From the IMG/VR virus record IMGVR_UViG_2706795976_000001, positions 1-64,000 of that record: DNA of 64,000 nucleotides; one strand, written 5' to 3'. Below are positions 45,507-55,593 of this stretch, piece by piece. The stretch's first letter is position 1. Each line of letters opens with the position of its first letter. A program made the position numbers and the translations under genes. Under the pieces are notes generated by a model. The model was not told the DNA's origin. It made no database searches and saw only the letters and a list, made by a program, of their open reading frames with translations. The stretch comes from a virus (taxonomy: Duplodnaviria > Caudoviricetes).

Positions 45507-46161
45507 CTTCGGCATAGAGCCGATGGATGATGGTGCATCTTCAACCTACATGGGCATCAAGGGTACTCGGATCACTTTAGGAAAGTATGCCTTGGAGATC
45601 CGCCGGAAGCTCGACCACGAAAAGTCTTGGGGTGTACAGCCAGCCACCCCAACCCACTGGTGGAGACCGGGATGGGGTGGCGAACGTGGCAAGCTCTACG
45701 ACGAAGCGTTTCTATCCCTGCGGAATTGGTGTGTCGAAGTGGTCCGCCACAACATCTCATTCGCTGAGTACTGTGGCGTAGATGATCTGCATCTGGACTG
45801 GATCCTGGATGAGTTCGACAGCTCATTCAATGAGCTCGCCGCCGCCAGCCTGAAGTTCCATCTCGAGCTCTCGATCTGCGACAACGAACCTCGCCGGGAG
45901 TTGTATGAGGACCTCATCGCCCGGCTGACCGAAGAGCCACCGGATTTCACCGACGAGGAGATGGCAATCCTCGAGCCCGAAGGCTGGAAGTGGTCGGATG
46001 ACTTTGAGGACCTTCCGGAAGGCGGGGCCCGTCTGCGTAAGTCCCCGCCGGAGAAGAAGGCTGTGTACGAAGCCCACTGGAAGCGGAAGGCCGAGTACGA
46101 CGCCCGCGTCAAGCAAGCCCGACACGACTTTGTGGACATCATGCCACACCTCTGGAGCTGA
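45478..46161 (+). CDS. Hypothetical protein
   Basis: 227-aa ORF with GAAGGAG SD. Confidence 0.75.
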   Translation: MKLRIHKEINFGIEPMDDGASSTYMGIKGTRITLGKYALEIRRKLDHEKSWGVQPATPTHWWRPGWGGERGKLYDEAFLSLRNWCVEVVRHNISFAEYCGVDDLHLDWILDEFDSSFNELAAASLKFHLELSICDNEPRRELYEDLIARLTEEPPDFTDEEMAILEPEGWKWSDDFEDLPEGGARLRKSPPEKKAVYEAHWKRKAEYDARVKQARHDFVDIMPHLWS

Positions 46162-46218
46162 CATGAAACCCATTGACTGGTACCTGATGAGACGCTACAC
46201 CTAGAAGAAGGAGAACAC

Positions 46219-47442
46219 ATGCCCGAGATGATTGCCCCCGGAGTACTGAACTATGCATCAGTTCTCGACGAGACCACGCGCAAGCAGGCCGAGGAGATCG
46301 CCAGTCTGCCATTCATCTACCCCCACGTTGCGCTGATGCCAGATGCTCACGCAGGCAAGGGGTCTGCCGTGGGCACGGTGATCCCCACCAAGGACGCCGT
46401 CATCCCAGCGGCCGTGGGTGTCGACATCGGTTGCGGGATGATCGGCGTGGAGACCTGGGTCCAGAAGTCCGACATCGCCGGGATGGACCTAGCCCTCCTC
46501 CGTGAGTGCATCGAGAAGGAGATTCCACTCTCCCCCGGAAACTACAACAAGAACCCACGTTGGGCACCGCATACCACGGAACGTATCGAGTTGCTCGAGA
46601 GGCTCGCCGAGGACACAGGTGTGGACCTCTCACATTCGCCGAAGTGGCGGGAACAGCTCGGGTCGCTCGGCGGCGGCAACCACTTCATCGAGCTGTGCCA
46701 GTCGGTGATTGCGGAATACGACGACGGTGAGCTGTGGCTGTTCCTCCATTCGGGTTCGCGTGGTGTCGGCAACAAGATCGCCCAGAAGCACATCAAGATC
46801 GCCCAGAAGCTGTGCAAGCGATGGCATGTCCCGCTGGCGAATCCTGACCTGGCCTACCTACCCTCCGGCACGCAGGAATTCACCACCTACCTACGAGAGC
46901 TGCGGTGGGCCCAGCGATTCGCACTCGAGAACCGCGCCGAGATGATGGATCGGTTCGTCGCGGTTTTCCAGTGGTGGCTCGAGGATCAGGGGTACGACTT
47001 CCATAACGACGAGATGCCTGATGAGGTCGAGGTCCGGCGCATCAACTGCCACCACAACTACACCGAGAACGTCACGATCAACGGCGAGAGGGTGTGGCTG
47101 ACGCGCAAGGGTGCGATCGACGCCAGCGAGGGCAAGTACGGACTCATCCCCGGCTCCATGGGCACCAAGTCGTACGTCGTTGTGGGGCAGGGGAATTCGT
47201 CTGGCCTATACTCGGCACCACATGGGGCTGGCCGGAACTTCTCTCGCACCGAGGCTCGCAAGCGGTTCACTGCGGACGACCTCGCGAAGGCCATGGAGGG
47301 CATCGAGTACCGCCACGGTGAGGAGTGGATCGACGAGATCCCCGCAGCGTACAAGGACATCGACCAGGTCATCGAGGACGCGAAAGACCTTGTGACAGTG
47401 GAGACCACGCTCAAGCAGCTGGTAAACATCAAAGGGGTGTAG
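46219..47442 (+). CDS. rtcB: RtcB RNA ligase
   Basis: MPDAHAGKG, VGVDIGCG, LGSLGGGNHFIE, HSGSRGVG, HHNY, TRKGA, PGSMG, SAPHGAGR, DEIPAAYKDI. Confidence 0.97.
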   Translation: MPEMIAPGVLNYASVLDETTRKQAEEIASLPFIYPHVALMPDAHAGKGSAVGTVIPTKDAVIPAAVGVDIGCGMIGVETWVQKSDIAGMDLALLRECIEKEIPLSPGNYNKNPRWAPHTTERIELLERLAEDTGVDLSHSPKWREQLGSLGGGNHFIELCQSVIAEYDDGELWLFLHSGSRGVGNKIAQKHIKIAQKLCKRWHVPLANPDLAYLPSGTQEFTTYLRELRWAQRFALENRAEMMDRFVAVFQWWLEDQGYDFHNDEMPDEVEVRRINCHHNYTENVTINGERVWLTRKGAIDASEGKYGLIPGSMGTKSYVVVGQGNSSGLYSAPHGAGRNFSRTEARKRFTADDLAKAMEGIEYRHGEEWIDEIPAAYKDIDQVIEDAKDLVTVETTLKQLVNIKGV

Positions 47443-47445
47443 CAG

Positions 47446-47946
47446 TTGCTGGAGGGTAGATCACGCACGCTGGAATCCCGCTACTGGAGCCGTGTTGAGG
47501 TAAAGGGTCGAGATGAGTGCTGGCCATGGACTGGAGGAGTGGAGCCTTTCGGCCATGGGGTGATCTACCTCGGAAGATTTTCGGGCACGCCCCGGAATGA
47601 GAAAGCCCACCGTTTGGCCTACGAATTCCATCACGGTAAACCGCCGGGGGACTTGGTCGTACGGCACACCTGTGACAATCCCCCTTGTCAGAATCCGAGG
47701 CATCTAATATTGGGCACCCAGGCGGACAACATCCGAGATATGTACTCCCGATCCCGGAACGTCAATGACGGCAGGCCTGGAACATCTCACCCCATGCACA
47801 AGATATCGGATGCGGACGTTAGGGACATGAGGGATAGGTACTCGTCGGGTGGAGTAAGATACAAGGATCTGGCCCTGGAGTATGACCTAAGCGAAGCTCA
47901 GGTGGGCCGCATTATCAAAAGAGAAAGATGGAAGCATCTCCCATGA
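47446..47946 (+). CDS. HNH homing endonuclease (HNH_3 with C-terminal HTH)
   Basis: CWPWTG, AHRLAY, VRHTCDNPPCQNPRHL..GT..DN. Confidence 0.9.
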   Translation: MLEGRSRTLESRYWSRVEVKGRDECWPWTGGVEPFGHGVIYLGRFSGTPRNEKAHRLAYEFHHGKPPGDLVVRHTCDNPPCQNPRHLILGTQADNIRDMYSRSRNVNDGRPGTSHPMHKISDADVRDMRDRYSSGGVRYKDLALEYDLSEAQVGRIIKRERWKHLP

Positions 47947-48401
47947 CCACCGACGAACAAGTCACCCCGGGATATGAAGTTCCGAGCAAACTCACCGAGA
48001 CCGCCATCCACGGTCGATGTCAGCACCGCATCAAAGACGAGCGCGGTCTCATGTCCCAGTGTGACCTGATCCACAAGCACAAGGGTCGACATGCTGACGT
48101 CCTGCCCTCGGGTATGCCCCGGATCGTATGGGAAGACCATGAGTCGTTCTCCGTGGATGACCTGGAGCGCAAGGCTTTTGAGAAGCTCAAGAGGGCTCGC
48201 GATGATGTCTACAACTCCTTCGACGATGCCGAGTGGGCGGTCAGTGAACTCCGCAAAGCCGCTGCGGAGTGTGGCAACGAGCGCCTCGTCAGGCTCCTAG
48301 ACGAATGCAAAGTGAAGGACTACTATGTCGAAGACGGGATCGAATTCCCCTTCGATGACACCATCGAGGACTTCATGAACAGCCTAGGAGGAACCAGGTG
48401 A
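47943..48401 (+). CDS. Hypothetical protein
   Basis: ATGA overlap; C...C...H.GRH motif. Confidence 0.65.
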   Translation: MTTDEQVTPGYEVPSKLTETAIHGRCQHRIKDERGLMSQCDLIHKHKGRHADVLPSGMPRIVWEDHESFSVDDLERKAFEKLKRARDDVYNSFDDAEWAVSELRKAAAECGNERLVRLLDECKVKDYYVEDGIEFPFDDTIEDFMNSLGGTR

Positions 48402-49078
48402 CAGCATACACGTTCAATTCGGCAGGCCTGAAACATCAAGAGCCGGTTGACATCCACATCCCGAACACGTGGATCGAGGGTAGCCCTAACCTTCGACGCG
48501 CATCCCTCAAGGACGCCGTGTTGTTCGGCGGTCCGGCGATCCAGCAGCTGCTCACCTACGCACCCATTGTCGGCGACCGCAAGCACATCTTCGTGGACAC
48601 CAAGGTGTCGATGCTGATGCCCGGCTGGATGCCCGCAATCCCCGGGTGGCACACAGACGGGGTGCCGCGCGGAGACGAGAATGACCCGGCAGGAACCGGT
48701 GACCCTAACCTAGCTCGGCAACTCGAGGAGCGCTCCCCTCAGTTCCACACCATCATCGCCGGAATTCCCTGTCTCACAGAGTTTCTCGGCGGAATGCACA
48801 TCCTGGACCTCAAGCACGACCGATCCTCGAAGCTCTACACGGAGATGAACAACCTCGTAGAGAAGTTCCTGAGCGAAGGGGTTTGGGAGACAGTCAAGCC
48901 CCACCCTCTCGTTTGGTCCTCCTGGGACTGGTGGCAGATCCATCGAGCCACTCCATCCACAGTTCGTGGCTGGCGGCTCTTGATTCGCATCACCGAGTCC
49001 GATACGGTACCACCAGCGGACACGAACTTCATCCGGACACAGAATCAGGTGTACGTACCAGCGGATACAGGATGGTGA
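48398..49078 (+). CDS. 2OG-Fe(II) dioxygenase-like protein
   Basis: GWHTDG (HxD), distal IHRA and RLLIR motifs consistent with a DSBH fold. Confidence 0.6.
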   Translation: MTAYTFNSAGLKHQEPVDIHIPNTWIEGSPNLRRASLKDAVLFGGPAIQQLLTYAPIVGDRKHIFVDTKVSMLMPGWMPAIPGWHTDGVPRGDENDPAGTGDPNLARQLEERSPQFHTIIAGIPCLTEFLGGMHILDLKHDRSSKLYTEMNNLVEKFLSEGVWETVKPHPLVWSSWDWWQIHRATPSTVRGWRLLIRITESDTVPPADTNFIRTQNQVYVPADTGW

Positions 49079-49082
49079 TTCC

Positions 49083-49625
49083 TTGCCTAGGCCCAGGAAG
49101 ACTCGTCTGACCTGCCCGGTCTGCAGTGAAGACTTCCTAGGCCTGTCGGACCAGATCTTCTGCGGCAATAGGTGCCGTAACAAGAGGACTGGTCGGTCTC
49201 TGAAGACCGAACTTAGTCGGCTAGTGGACACAGGACAGTACAGCACCGCCCTGGAGAAGCTCAGGGATATGTGTGAAGTCACCAGCGATGGGTGCTGGCT
49301 GTTTCCTACTACCAACAAATATGGCTATGGTCAAATGATGGTCGCCAGGTCTCGCACGACCGTTCACAGGCACTCCTACGAATGGTCTACCGGAGTGCAG
49401 CTGGACCCCTCCATGCCGGTTCACCACTCGTGCTCACAGAAGGCTTGTTGCAATCCAGAGCACTTGCAGTGCGTCACTCCTCAAGAGAATCTGGCAGAGA
49501 TGCTCGAAAGACGATACTATCTATCGAAGATATCCAAGCTGGAGTCCAGGATCAAAGAATTGGAGGCTGAGAATGAACGTCTACTTCACCTCGGACACCC
49601 ACCACGGTCACCAGATGGTGGCTGA
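49083..49625 (+). CDS. HNH endonuclease
   Basis: CPVC..FCGNRC, GCWLF, VHRHSY, HHSCSQKACCNPEHL..VT..EN. Confidence 0.88.
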   Translation: MPRPRKTRLTCPVCSEDFLGLSDQIFCGNRCRNKRTGRSLKTELSRLVDTGQYSTALEKLRDMCEVTSDGCWLFPTTNKYGYGQMMVARSRTTVHRHSYEWSTGVQLDPSMPVHHSCSQKACCNPEHLQCVTPQENLAEMLERRYYLSKISKLESRIKELEAENERLLHLGHPPRSPDGG

Positions 49626-50220
49626 GACCAGGTTCCCTGAGTTGGATCCATCAACGGTGGTTGAGGTGCATGACGAAGTCATCACCAACAACCTTCTCAA
49701 GTTGCTAACCAAGCGTGATGTTCTGTGGCATCTGGGGGACATCTCGGCGGGTGGGTCGGCAGCCCAGCGAGCAGCCCTGGCGACCTGGGATAGGATCGCG
49801 TCGGAAACCGGGTGCAAAATTCACCTAGTCGTTGGAAACCATGATGGTCCGTTTCCCGGGAACCACGATGCCCACAAGTGGTTTCCGGAGTATGCCGCAG
49901 TCTTCGATTCGGTTTCCTCGTCGGCGTCCCGCAAGATTGCCGGTCACCGGGTGTGCTTAAATCACATGCCATACGAGGGTGACCATACCGACGAGGACAG
50001 ACATGTTCAGTGGCGACTACGAGACACTGGTCGCTGGGCACTTTCGGGACACACCCATCAGTCACACCCCCTGTCCCTCCATGCTCGCCAGATCAACGTG
50101 GGGGTAGACGCCTGGGGTCTCTGGCCTGTATCGTTGGACGTCATCGCCCGGATCATCCAAGGTGCCGAAGATGGCACCCTGGCTCCCGAGGACTTCACAT
50201 GGATCGGAGGTAGAGGATGA
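49573..50220 (+). CDS. Metallophosphoesterase (calcineurin-like)
   Basis: FTSDTHHGH, LGDI, GNHD, NHMP, GHTH, NVGVD. Confidence 0.92.
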   Translation: MNVYFTSDTHHGHQMVAETRFPELDPSTVVEVHDEVITNNLLKLLTKRDVLWHLGDISAGGSAAQRAALATWDRIASETGCKIHLVVGNHDGPFPGNHDAHKWFPEYAAVFDSVSSSASRKIAGHRVCLNHMPYEGDHTDEDRHVQWRLRDTGRWALSGHTHQSHPLSLHARQINVGVDAWGLWPVSLDVIARIIQGAEDGTLAPEDFTWIGGRG

Positions 50221-52576
50221 GTGTCGTGGCGGCAGCCGCATGGGGTGGCCTCCGGATTATTCACCACAAGCATCTGATATACGGGGACATCTGGCAGATA
50301 GAGGTCAAGGACTCCTACTCCTCAGACGGCTGGTCTCATGTCCGAGTGTTCCATGACTGGAGTGTGGTCCGGGACTGGTGGCACAACAACAACGGCCGAG
50401 ACCTCGGGGTGAAGCCAAAGGTGAGCGAATGAGCGGCAACTACGGTGACTGGAACCACGACATCAAGATGGTCATCAGCGACAGGTGGAACTGTTCCTGT
50501 GGCAAGTGGAGCATCCCGTGGAGCACCAAGGGTGTGACCGAGGCGTTCTCCCGGCACCTCCTCAAGAAGATGCGTGAGCAGAACATCATGGCCATGCATC
50601 GGGGGACAGCCGACGAGGCACCAATCCGGCTGGTGGCTTCAGATCCCGCCGATCACCTCGTCACAGGATTCATCATCCAGATGTGGAAAGACGACGAGTG
50701 GAAGTTCGTTGAAGGTGCCTACGACTGGGAGCAGGCCCGGGAGAAATGGGCCAGCTGGGGCGGTCAGCCCCTCCGCGACAAGCCTCCCTATCCACCCACC
50801 ACCCGGAGAGAGAAGTGAAAAGCGCCGAGCGGTCTGTCAACGAGGCCCTCGTCGGCATCCGGAGCCACCACACGCACATCATTTGTCAGCTGTGCACCGG
50901 ACCATACTGGTCTGCTCCGGTTGGTGATCGGACGAGGCTGATCGATGAGCTCACCGAGCACCTGTGCACGGTACATGGAGACGAGTTCGAGGAGGAGTCC
51001 TGATGGCCGTACGAGAGAAGAAGACCATCACCCACATCTGTGACAGGTGCGGTGCTGAAGTGGTCGCCCTCTGGCAGCCGGGCGATTGGCGCAGGATCCA
51101 TCTGCTTGAGGGTCGCGCGGACATCGGCAAGAAGGACATCTGCAAGGAGTGCGGTGACAGCCTCGATCAGTGGTTCTACCAACTATGAGCAACGCCTACG
51201 TTTGGATCGTCTACCAGCGAGCGTGGTGCGACGACGACGACTGCATGGCTGGCGGTGCCGGTGACTGGACCACTGCGGTGTTCTCCACCGAGCAGACGGC
51301 CAAGCAATTCGTCGAGCAGCGTAACTCTGAGAGCATCTTCACCCCATACCACATGCGCCGCGAGACGGTTCGAACATCACTAAAGGACGCTAGGGGGTTG
51401 TACTGATGAGCAAGATCGACCGCGATGAGCTGGAGGAGAGGATCGATCGTGCCATCCGGGCCCTGTACTCTATTAGGTTGTCATATGATGTCGACACCCC
51501 TCCATATGACCGCATCAACGGAAAGATCGAGGGCCTGAAGGTCGCCCAAGACTATGTGAGAACGGAGCCCGAGTGTGAGTGAAGTGGACCACCTGCGCGA
51601 AGAGGTTGCCAAGCTCCGGCGACATGCAGACCGGCTTGCGTTGACCCTGGACCTGGTCTTGCACGACGCCCACCCCGTGTATGCAAACACGTCGGGTTGG
51701 CGCGGAGGAATCGGCGGGTCTGCCTTGACCCCCGGGTGCTCGATCATCGACCCACCCCCGGATTCGGATTGGACCCAGTACGACCTACCGTCCAAGCCGC
51801 TTCGTGAGTACCTGGCTGAGTATGGCGTCAGTGCCAAGGATTGGGCCAGAGGCAAGGCGATAATCAAGCACGAACTGGAGGGAGAGCTGAAATGAGTGAA
51901 CTAGACGACGCCGAGGTGGACTACGGACTATCGCTGGCCATCCCCTACTTCGACCCCACGGACTGTTACCCCGAGTGGAGCACCGACACCCTGCGTGATG
52001 CATACCGCGCCGGTTGGGAAGACCGTGAGCTCGAGTACGAACGATGCAGAGAGGAAGGGCGACGATGAGCCTAGCAAAGCGACAGTGGGATCACGACTTC
52101 TGGGTAGAGGACCGAGATGCCCGCGCCGGGGCATTCAACCCCTGCCCACTGTCTGATGGATTCACACTCTACGAGCACTGGAATGTCACAGAGCTCGGCC
52201 CGTTCCTGGTGCTGATCACCTCATCGCCGTACGACATCGGCGCGCTCGAGGAGGGGGACTTCATCCTGAAGCGGCAGTACGCACCGGCCGGTGCACCCGA
52301 AGTGTACAACTGCGTCCGCCCGAGGACGCCATGACTGATCTACCCCCGAGTCTGGGCACCTCCTCCGACGACTACTGCTGCGTCTGCTGGGGATGTAAGT
52401 GGGAGGACCACGAGCACACCTGCAGCCTGACCAAGGAGCAGCGGTGGGCGAACGAGCAGTACTGGCAGGATTCCATCGAGGATCTCACGAACGGCACGGG
52501 AGAACCGTGTCTGACCTGCGGTTTAACCGGTGGGTGGCACACTGGAGAGTGCGCTGATCGCCGCGAAAATCTATAG
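50217..52576 (+). other. Run of about 10 small overlapping hypothetical genes (50217-50432, 50429-50818, 50815-51003, 51003-51188, 51185-51406, 51406-~51582, 51575-51895, 51892-52068, 52065-52334, 52331-52576), several with CxxC motifs
   Basis: Consecutive start/stop overlaps on the + strand; no recognisable families. Confidence 0.65.
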
Positions 52577-52802
52577 TAGGGAAACGGTAGGCAGTCGTCG
52601 ACCGAAAACCTCCGACCAGCGTGCTATGGTGTCACTTATGAGATTACCCCAGTCTCATAAGTAACCCACCTGACTACCACTTTCAGACTATCGATGCAGG
52701 TAAAACCTGTACACATTTACACACGGGTGTTTTTGGTACCACTTGATACTTGTTGGTAGTAGGTGATACTGTAGGCAGGCAGGAACAACAGAAGGAGGAG
52801 TC
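52577..52802. promoter_or_regulatory. AT-richer intergenic region: candidate attP and promoter
   Basis: Inverted repeat ACTTATGAGA-N9-TCTCATAAGT (52634-52662), repeated GTAGG motifs on both sides; largest non-coding gap in the right arm. Confidence 0.45.
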
Positions 52803-53183
52803 ATGACACCGAAGCCACCGTTGCTCACTGAGGTCGTCACAACCATCGTCGTCAAGCAGCGCCCAGGCGTCCCTGGGCAGGCGCAGCCACGCATCACCTC
52901 GACCCGCCTGGAGGCCACGTGGGAAGTGGATCCGGCGGCGAGATGGATCGAGCCGGTGCAATCCCTTTCCGAGGACGGGTTGGAGTTCGATGTGGATTCA
53001 ATCATGGCGACCTACCTCGACGGTGAACCGGACTACGTGGAACTCAGCGGGCGACGCGCTGGGGACGACTGGAGGCGCGGGTCATGGTACGGCCCCCGCT
53101 CCGACTGGAAGGGCTGCCCACCCAAGGTGCTCGTCCTGCTCGGGATGTTCCGGACAGACGGCTGGCGGGAGGCGATCAAGTGA
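52803..53183 (+). CDS. Hypothetical protein
   Basis: Strong SD AAGGAGGAG. Confidence 0.75.
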   Translation: MTPKPPLLTEVVTTIVVKQRPGVPGQAQPRITSTRLEATWEVDPAARWIEPVQSLSEDGLEFDVDSIMATYLDGEPDYVELSGRRAGDDWRRGSWYGPRSDWKGCPPKVLVLLGMFRTDGWREAIK

Positions 53184-53482
53184 ACGGACTCGAGTTCATC
53201 GCCACGATCACCGGCCTCTGCTTGGCGGCGATCACGATCCAGGCCGGTCTCTACTACCACCACGTCCGCAAGGAGAACGCCGCTCAGCGCGAATCGCTTG
53301 GTAAGTGTGATCACGCCCTGACATCCAAATGGGAAGATGTCGGCAGGGTCAACTACTACAAATCCACCAGCCCGAGCCCGCTCGAGATCCCCTACAAGAC
53401 CACAAGGAAGCAGCGGCGCGAGTGCGGTCAGTGTGGACTGGTTGAATACCATGAAGCTGTGGAGTCGGAGGCGAGGTCATGA
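53180..53482 (+). CDS. Membrane-anchored protein with C/H motifs
   Basis: N-terminal TM; CDH...CGQCG. Confidence 0.6.
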   Translation: MNGLEFIATITGLCLAAITIQAGLYYHHVRKENAAQRESLGKCDHALTSKWEDVGRVNYYKSTSPSPLEIPYKTTRKQRRECGQCGLVEYHEAVESEARS

Positions 53483-53814
53483 GCGCCGACAATTGGACCA
53501 CGTGCGAGAACTGCTTCGAGGAAGCAGAGCAGGCGCACCAACGATTTCTCCAGAACGAAGACAAACGACTCCGGGAGTTGTACGGGAAGGTCGCCCCGGA
53601 GGAGTACCTCCGTGCAGTAGCCGACTCCAAGCAAACCGAGCTCGAGTCTCAAGCTGTAGTAGCCGACGCGGCGGTGGACAATACCTTCCGCGAGGACTAT
53701 GAGTTCTACGGGGCGAGCGAGGGGTACGTCCACATCTCCTACTGCGGCCGGTGCACCGTGTGTGGATACGGTCTGGAGTTCAACGACACCCGGGATCTGG
53801 AGAAGCCGAAGTGA
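53479..53814 (+). CDS. Hypothetical Zn-binding protein
   Basis: MSADNWTTCENC...FREDYEF...CTVCG. Confidence 0.7.
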   Translation: MSADNWTTCENCFEEAEQAHQRFLQNEDKRLRELYGKVAPEEYLRAVADSKQTELESQAVVADAAVDNTFREDYEFYGASEGYVHISYCGRCTVCGYGLEFNDTRDLEKPK

Positions 53815-54167
53815 GCAACGAGCACGAGGCAGCGGACGCGATCGACGAGTTGGTCGAGCAGGCCCTCGAGAAGAGGTCCGAGAGCCGCGAAGCGGTTACT
53901 GCGTCCAGCTCCTACATGGAGGAGGTTGGTCAGACCGTCAACCCAGAATTCTCCCAGGTCTACGACGCCCTCGAGAAGAGGTCCGAGCGGCGCGAAGCGC
54001 TCAAGGACCGTCCCGACATCCGCGAACTCGAGAAGTGGGTCCAGAACCTCGAGGGCACAGCGTTCATCCTGCAGCACCTCGGAGCCGACAAGTCCACTCG
54101 CAAGGGTGTGCAAAAACAGATCAAGAAACTCAACAAGAGGATCAACGAACTCCGGTTCGATTTCTGA
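53811..54167 (+). CDS. Hypothetical protein with an internal repeat
   Basis: ALEKRSE.REA occurs twice; 21-bp identical DNA at 53862-53882 and 53967-53987. Confidence 0.65.
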   Translation: MSNEHEAADAIDELVEQALEKRSESREAVTASSSYMEEVGQTVNPEFSQVYDALEKRSERREALKDRPDIRELEKWVQNLEGTAFILQHLGADKSTRKGVQKQIKKLNKRINELRFDF

Positions 54168-54177
54168 AGGAGGAGAC

Positions 54178-54519
54178 ATGGCACTGAATGTGGAGCTCGC
54201 GGAGAGGATCCTCGAGCAGGTAACCAAACACCCGGAACACCACGACCAAGGCATCTGGGGGACTAAGGACGATTGCGGGACCAATCTCTGTATCGCCGGT
54301 TGGGCACTCGTACTGTCCGGCCAGGACGCCTGGGATCCCGCAGGTATTACAGGAGCCCTCATCTTGAGGCCCAAGGGCGGAGGATCGGTGCGACAAACGG
54401 CCCAGGAGCTTCTAGGCCTCGGTTACTACGCTGCAAACCGACTTTTCCTCGAGTCGACGGAGGTTGAGGCAGTGGACTACCTCGAGCGGCTGATCGACTA
54501 CGAAAGGCGGAATTCATGA
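54178..54519 (+). CDS. Hypothetical protein, paralog 1 of a tandem triplet
   Basis: AAGGAGGAG SD; HPEHHDQGIWG..CGTNLCIAGWA. Confidence 0.75.
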   Translation: MALNVELAERILEQVTKHPEHHDQGIWGTKDDCGTNLCIAGWALVLSGQDAWDPAGITGALILRPKGGGSVRQTAQELLGLGYYAANRLFLESTEVEAVDYLERLIDYERRNS

Positions 54520-54887
54520 AGCTCAACATCGAGCTCGCGGAGAGGATCCTCGAGCAGATCACCGAACACCCCGAGACACACGACCAGTCGCACTGGGGTG
54601 AGGTCAGGGAGTGTGGAACCGTGTGCTGCATCGCCGGGTGGGCGATCTTGCTCAGCGATGACCATAGGGTCAGGTTCAGCGAAGGTGGAGTCAGGTCGCC
54701 AGCACTGGAAATCCTGGTCGGGGAGAACTATTGGACCGGTTACGACGACGACGTGTCTCGCCGTGCGGCGCATCTTCTCGGACTAGACAACTACTCGAGT
54801 CTCTTCTATGAAGGTGATGAGAACTATGCCCGAGAGAAACTCGCATGGCTGATCGAACGAGCCAAGAAGGACAAGGAGGAAGCATGA
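54516..54887 (+). CDS. Hypothetical protein, paralog 2
   Basis: HPETHDQSHWG..CGTVCCIAGWA. Confidence 0.75.
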   Translation: MKLNIELAERILEQITEHPETHDQSHWGEVRECGTVCCIAGWAILLSDDHRVRFSEGGVRSPALEILVGENYWTGYDDDVSRRAAHLLGLDNYSSLFYEGDENYAREKLAWLIERAKKDKEEA

Positions 54888-55351
54888 CTGAAGTGAACGT
54901 CGAGCTCATCGACAAGGTTCTGGAGGCCGTCGAGAAGCACCCGGAGCAACACGACCAGGGAAGCTGGGGGTTCAAGGAGGAGGGCTGCGGAACCACCATG
55001 TGCGTCGCTGGGTGGGCTGTGGTTCTCAGTGGTCACCCACACACGTGGGAGCGTAGTGGGTGTCAGTGCTGCGGAAACTACTACCATCTCACCATCCCCG
55101 AGCGTGATCAGTATGGTGTCCAGGAGTGGGAGCGGGTGGGGGCCGAGCTACTCGGAATTCCTCACATCCACACCGAACTCGACCCGGAAACAGACTCGAG
55201 CGAATATCATGAGTGGATCGCGGAAGGCAACGTTGACTGGGCGTACCGACTGTTCAACCAGGCCGACGAGGAAGAGGCCAAGCAGATCCTCGTCGGACTC
55301 CGGGATGGTACCATTGTTCCATGTCCGATGAACTCGAGTCCCGAAGAGTAG
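54884..55351 (+). CDS. Hypothetical protein, paralog 3
   Basis: HPEQHDQGSWG..CGTTMCVAGWA. Confidence 0.75.
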   Translation: MTEVNVELIDKVLEAVEKHPEQHDQGSWGFKEEGCGTTMCVAGWAVVLSGHPHTWERSGCQCCGNYYHLTIPERDQYGVQEWERVGAELLGIPHIHTELDPETDSSEYHEWIAEGNVDWAYRLFNQADEEEAKQILVGLRDGTIVPCPMNSSPEE

Positions 55352-55593
55352 CAGCCTACGCCAAGCTAGAGCAGGTGGTGCAGGAGCTCAGTGATATCTC
55401 AGACGAGGAAGCGGATGGTGAGTTGGAGCCCAACGTACCCACCGCCTGGGCCCTGGTGATCGGGTTCGACTACGTGAGCGACGACGGGGGTAGTGGTGGA
55501 TACACTGGCATCTACCCCCGCGATGGTCAGCAGGCCGGTTGGAAGACAACCGGGATACTTAGTCAGGCTTTGGCCTACCTCTCGGGGAAGTGA
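55321..55593 (+). CDS. Hypothetical protein
   Basis: Tiles the operon. Confidence 0.65.
   Translation: MSDELESRRVAAYAKLEQVVQELSDISDEEADGELEPNVPTAWALVIGFDYVSDDGGSGGYTGIYPRDGQQAGWKTTGILSQALAYLSGK

Noticed and set aside
46219-47946. Group I intron or intein associated with the HNH genes
   Set aside because: Flanking genes (rtcB, minor tail, lysin A, major tail) appear complete and uninterrupted, there is no non-coding space for an intron core, and TerL and ThyX are normal length.
52634-52662. dif (XerCD) site
   Set aside because: The arms do not match the XerD-type TTATGT-containing consensus, the spacer is not 6 bp, and the phage encodes its own integrase.
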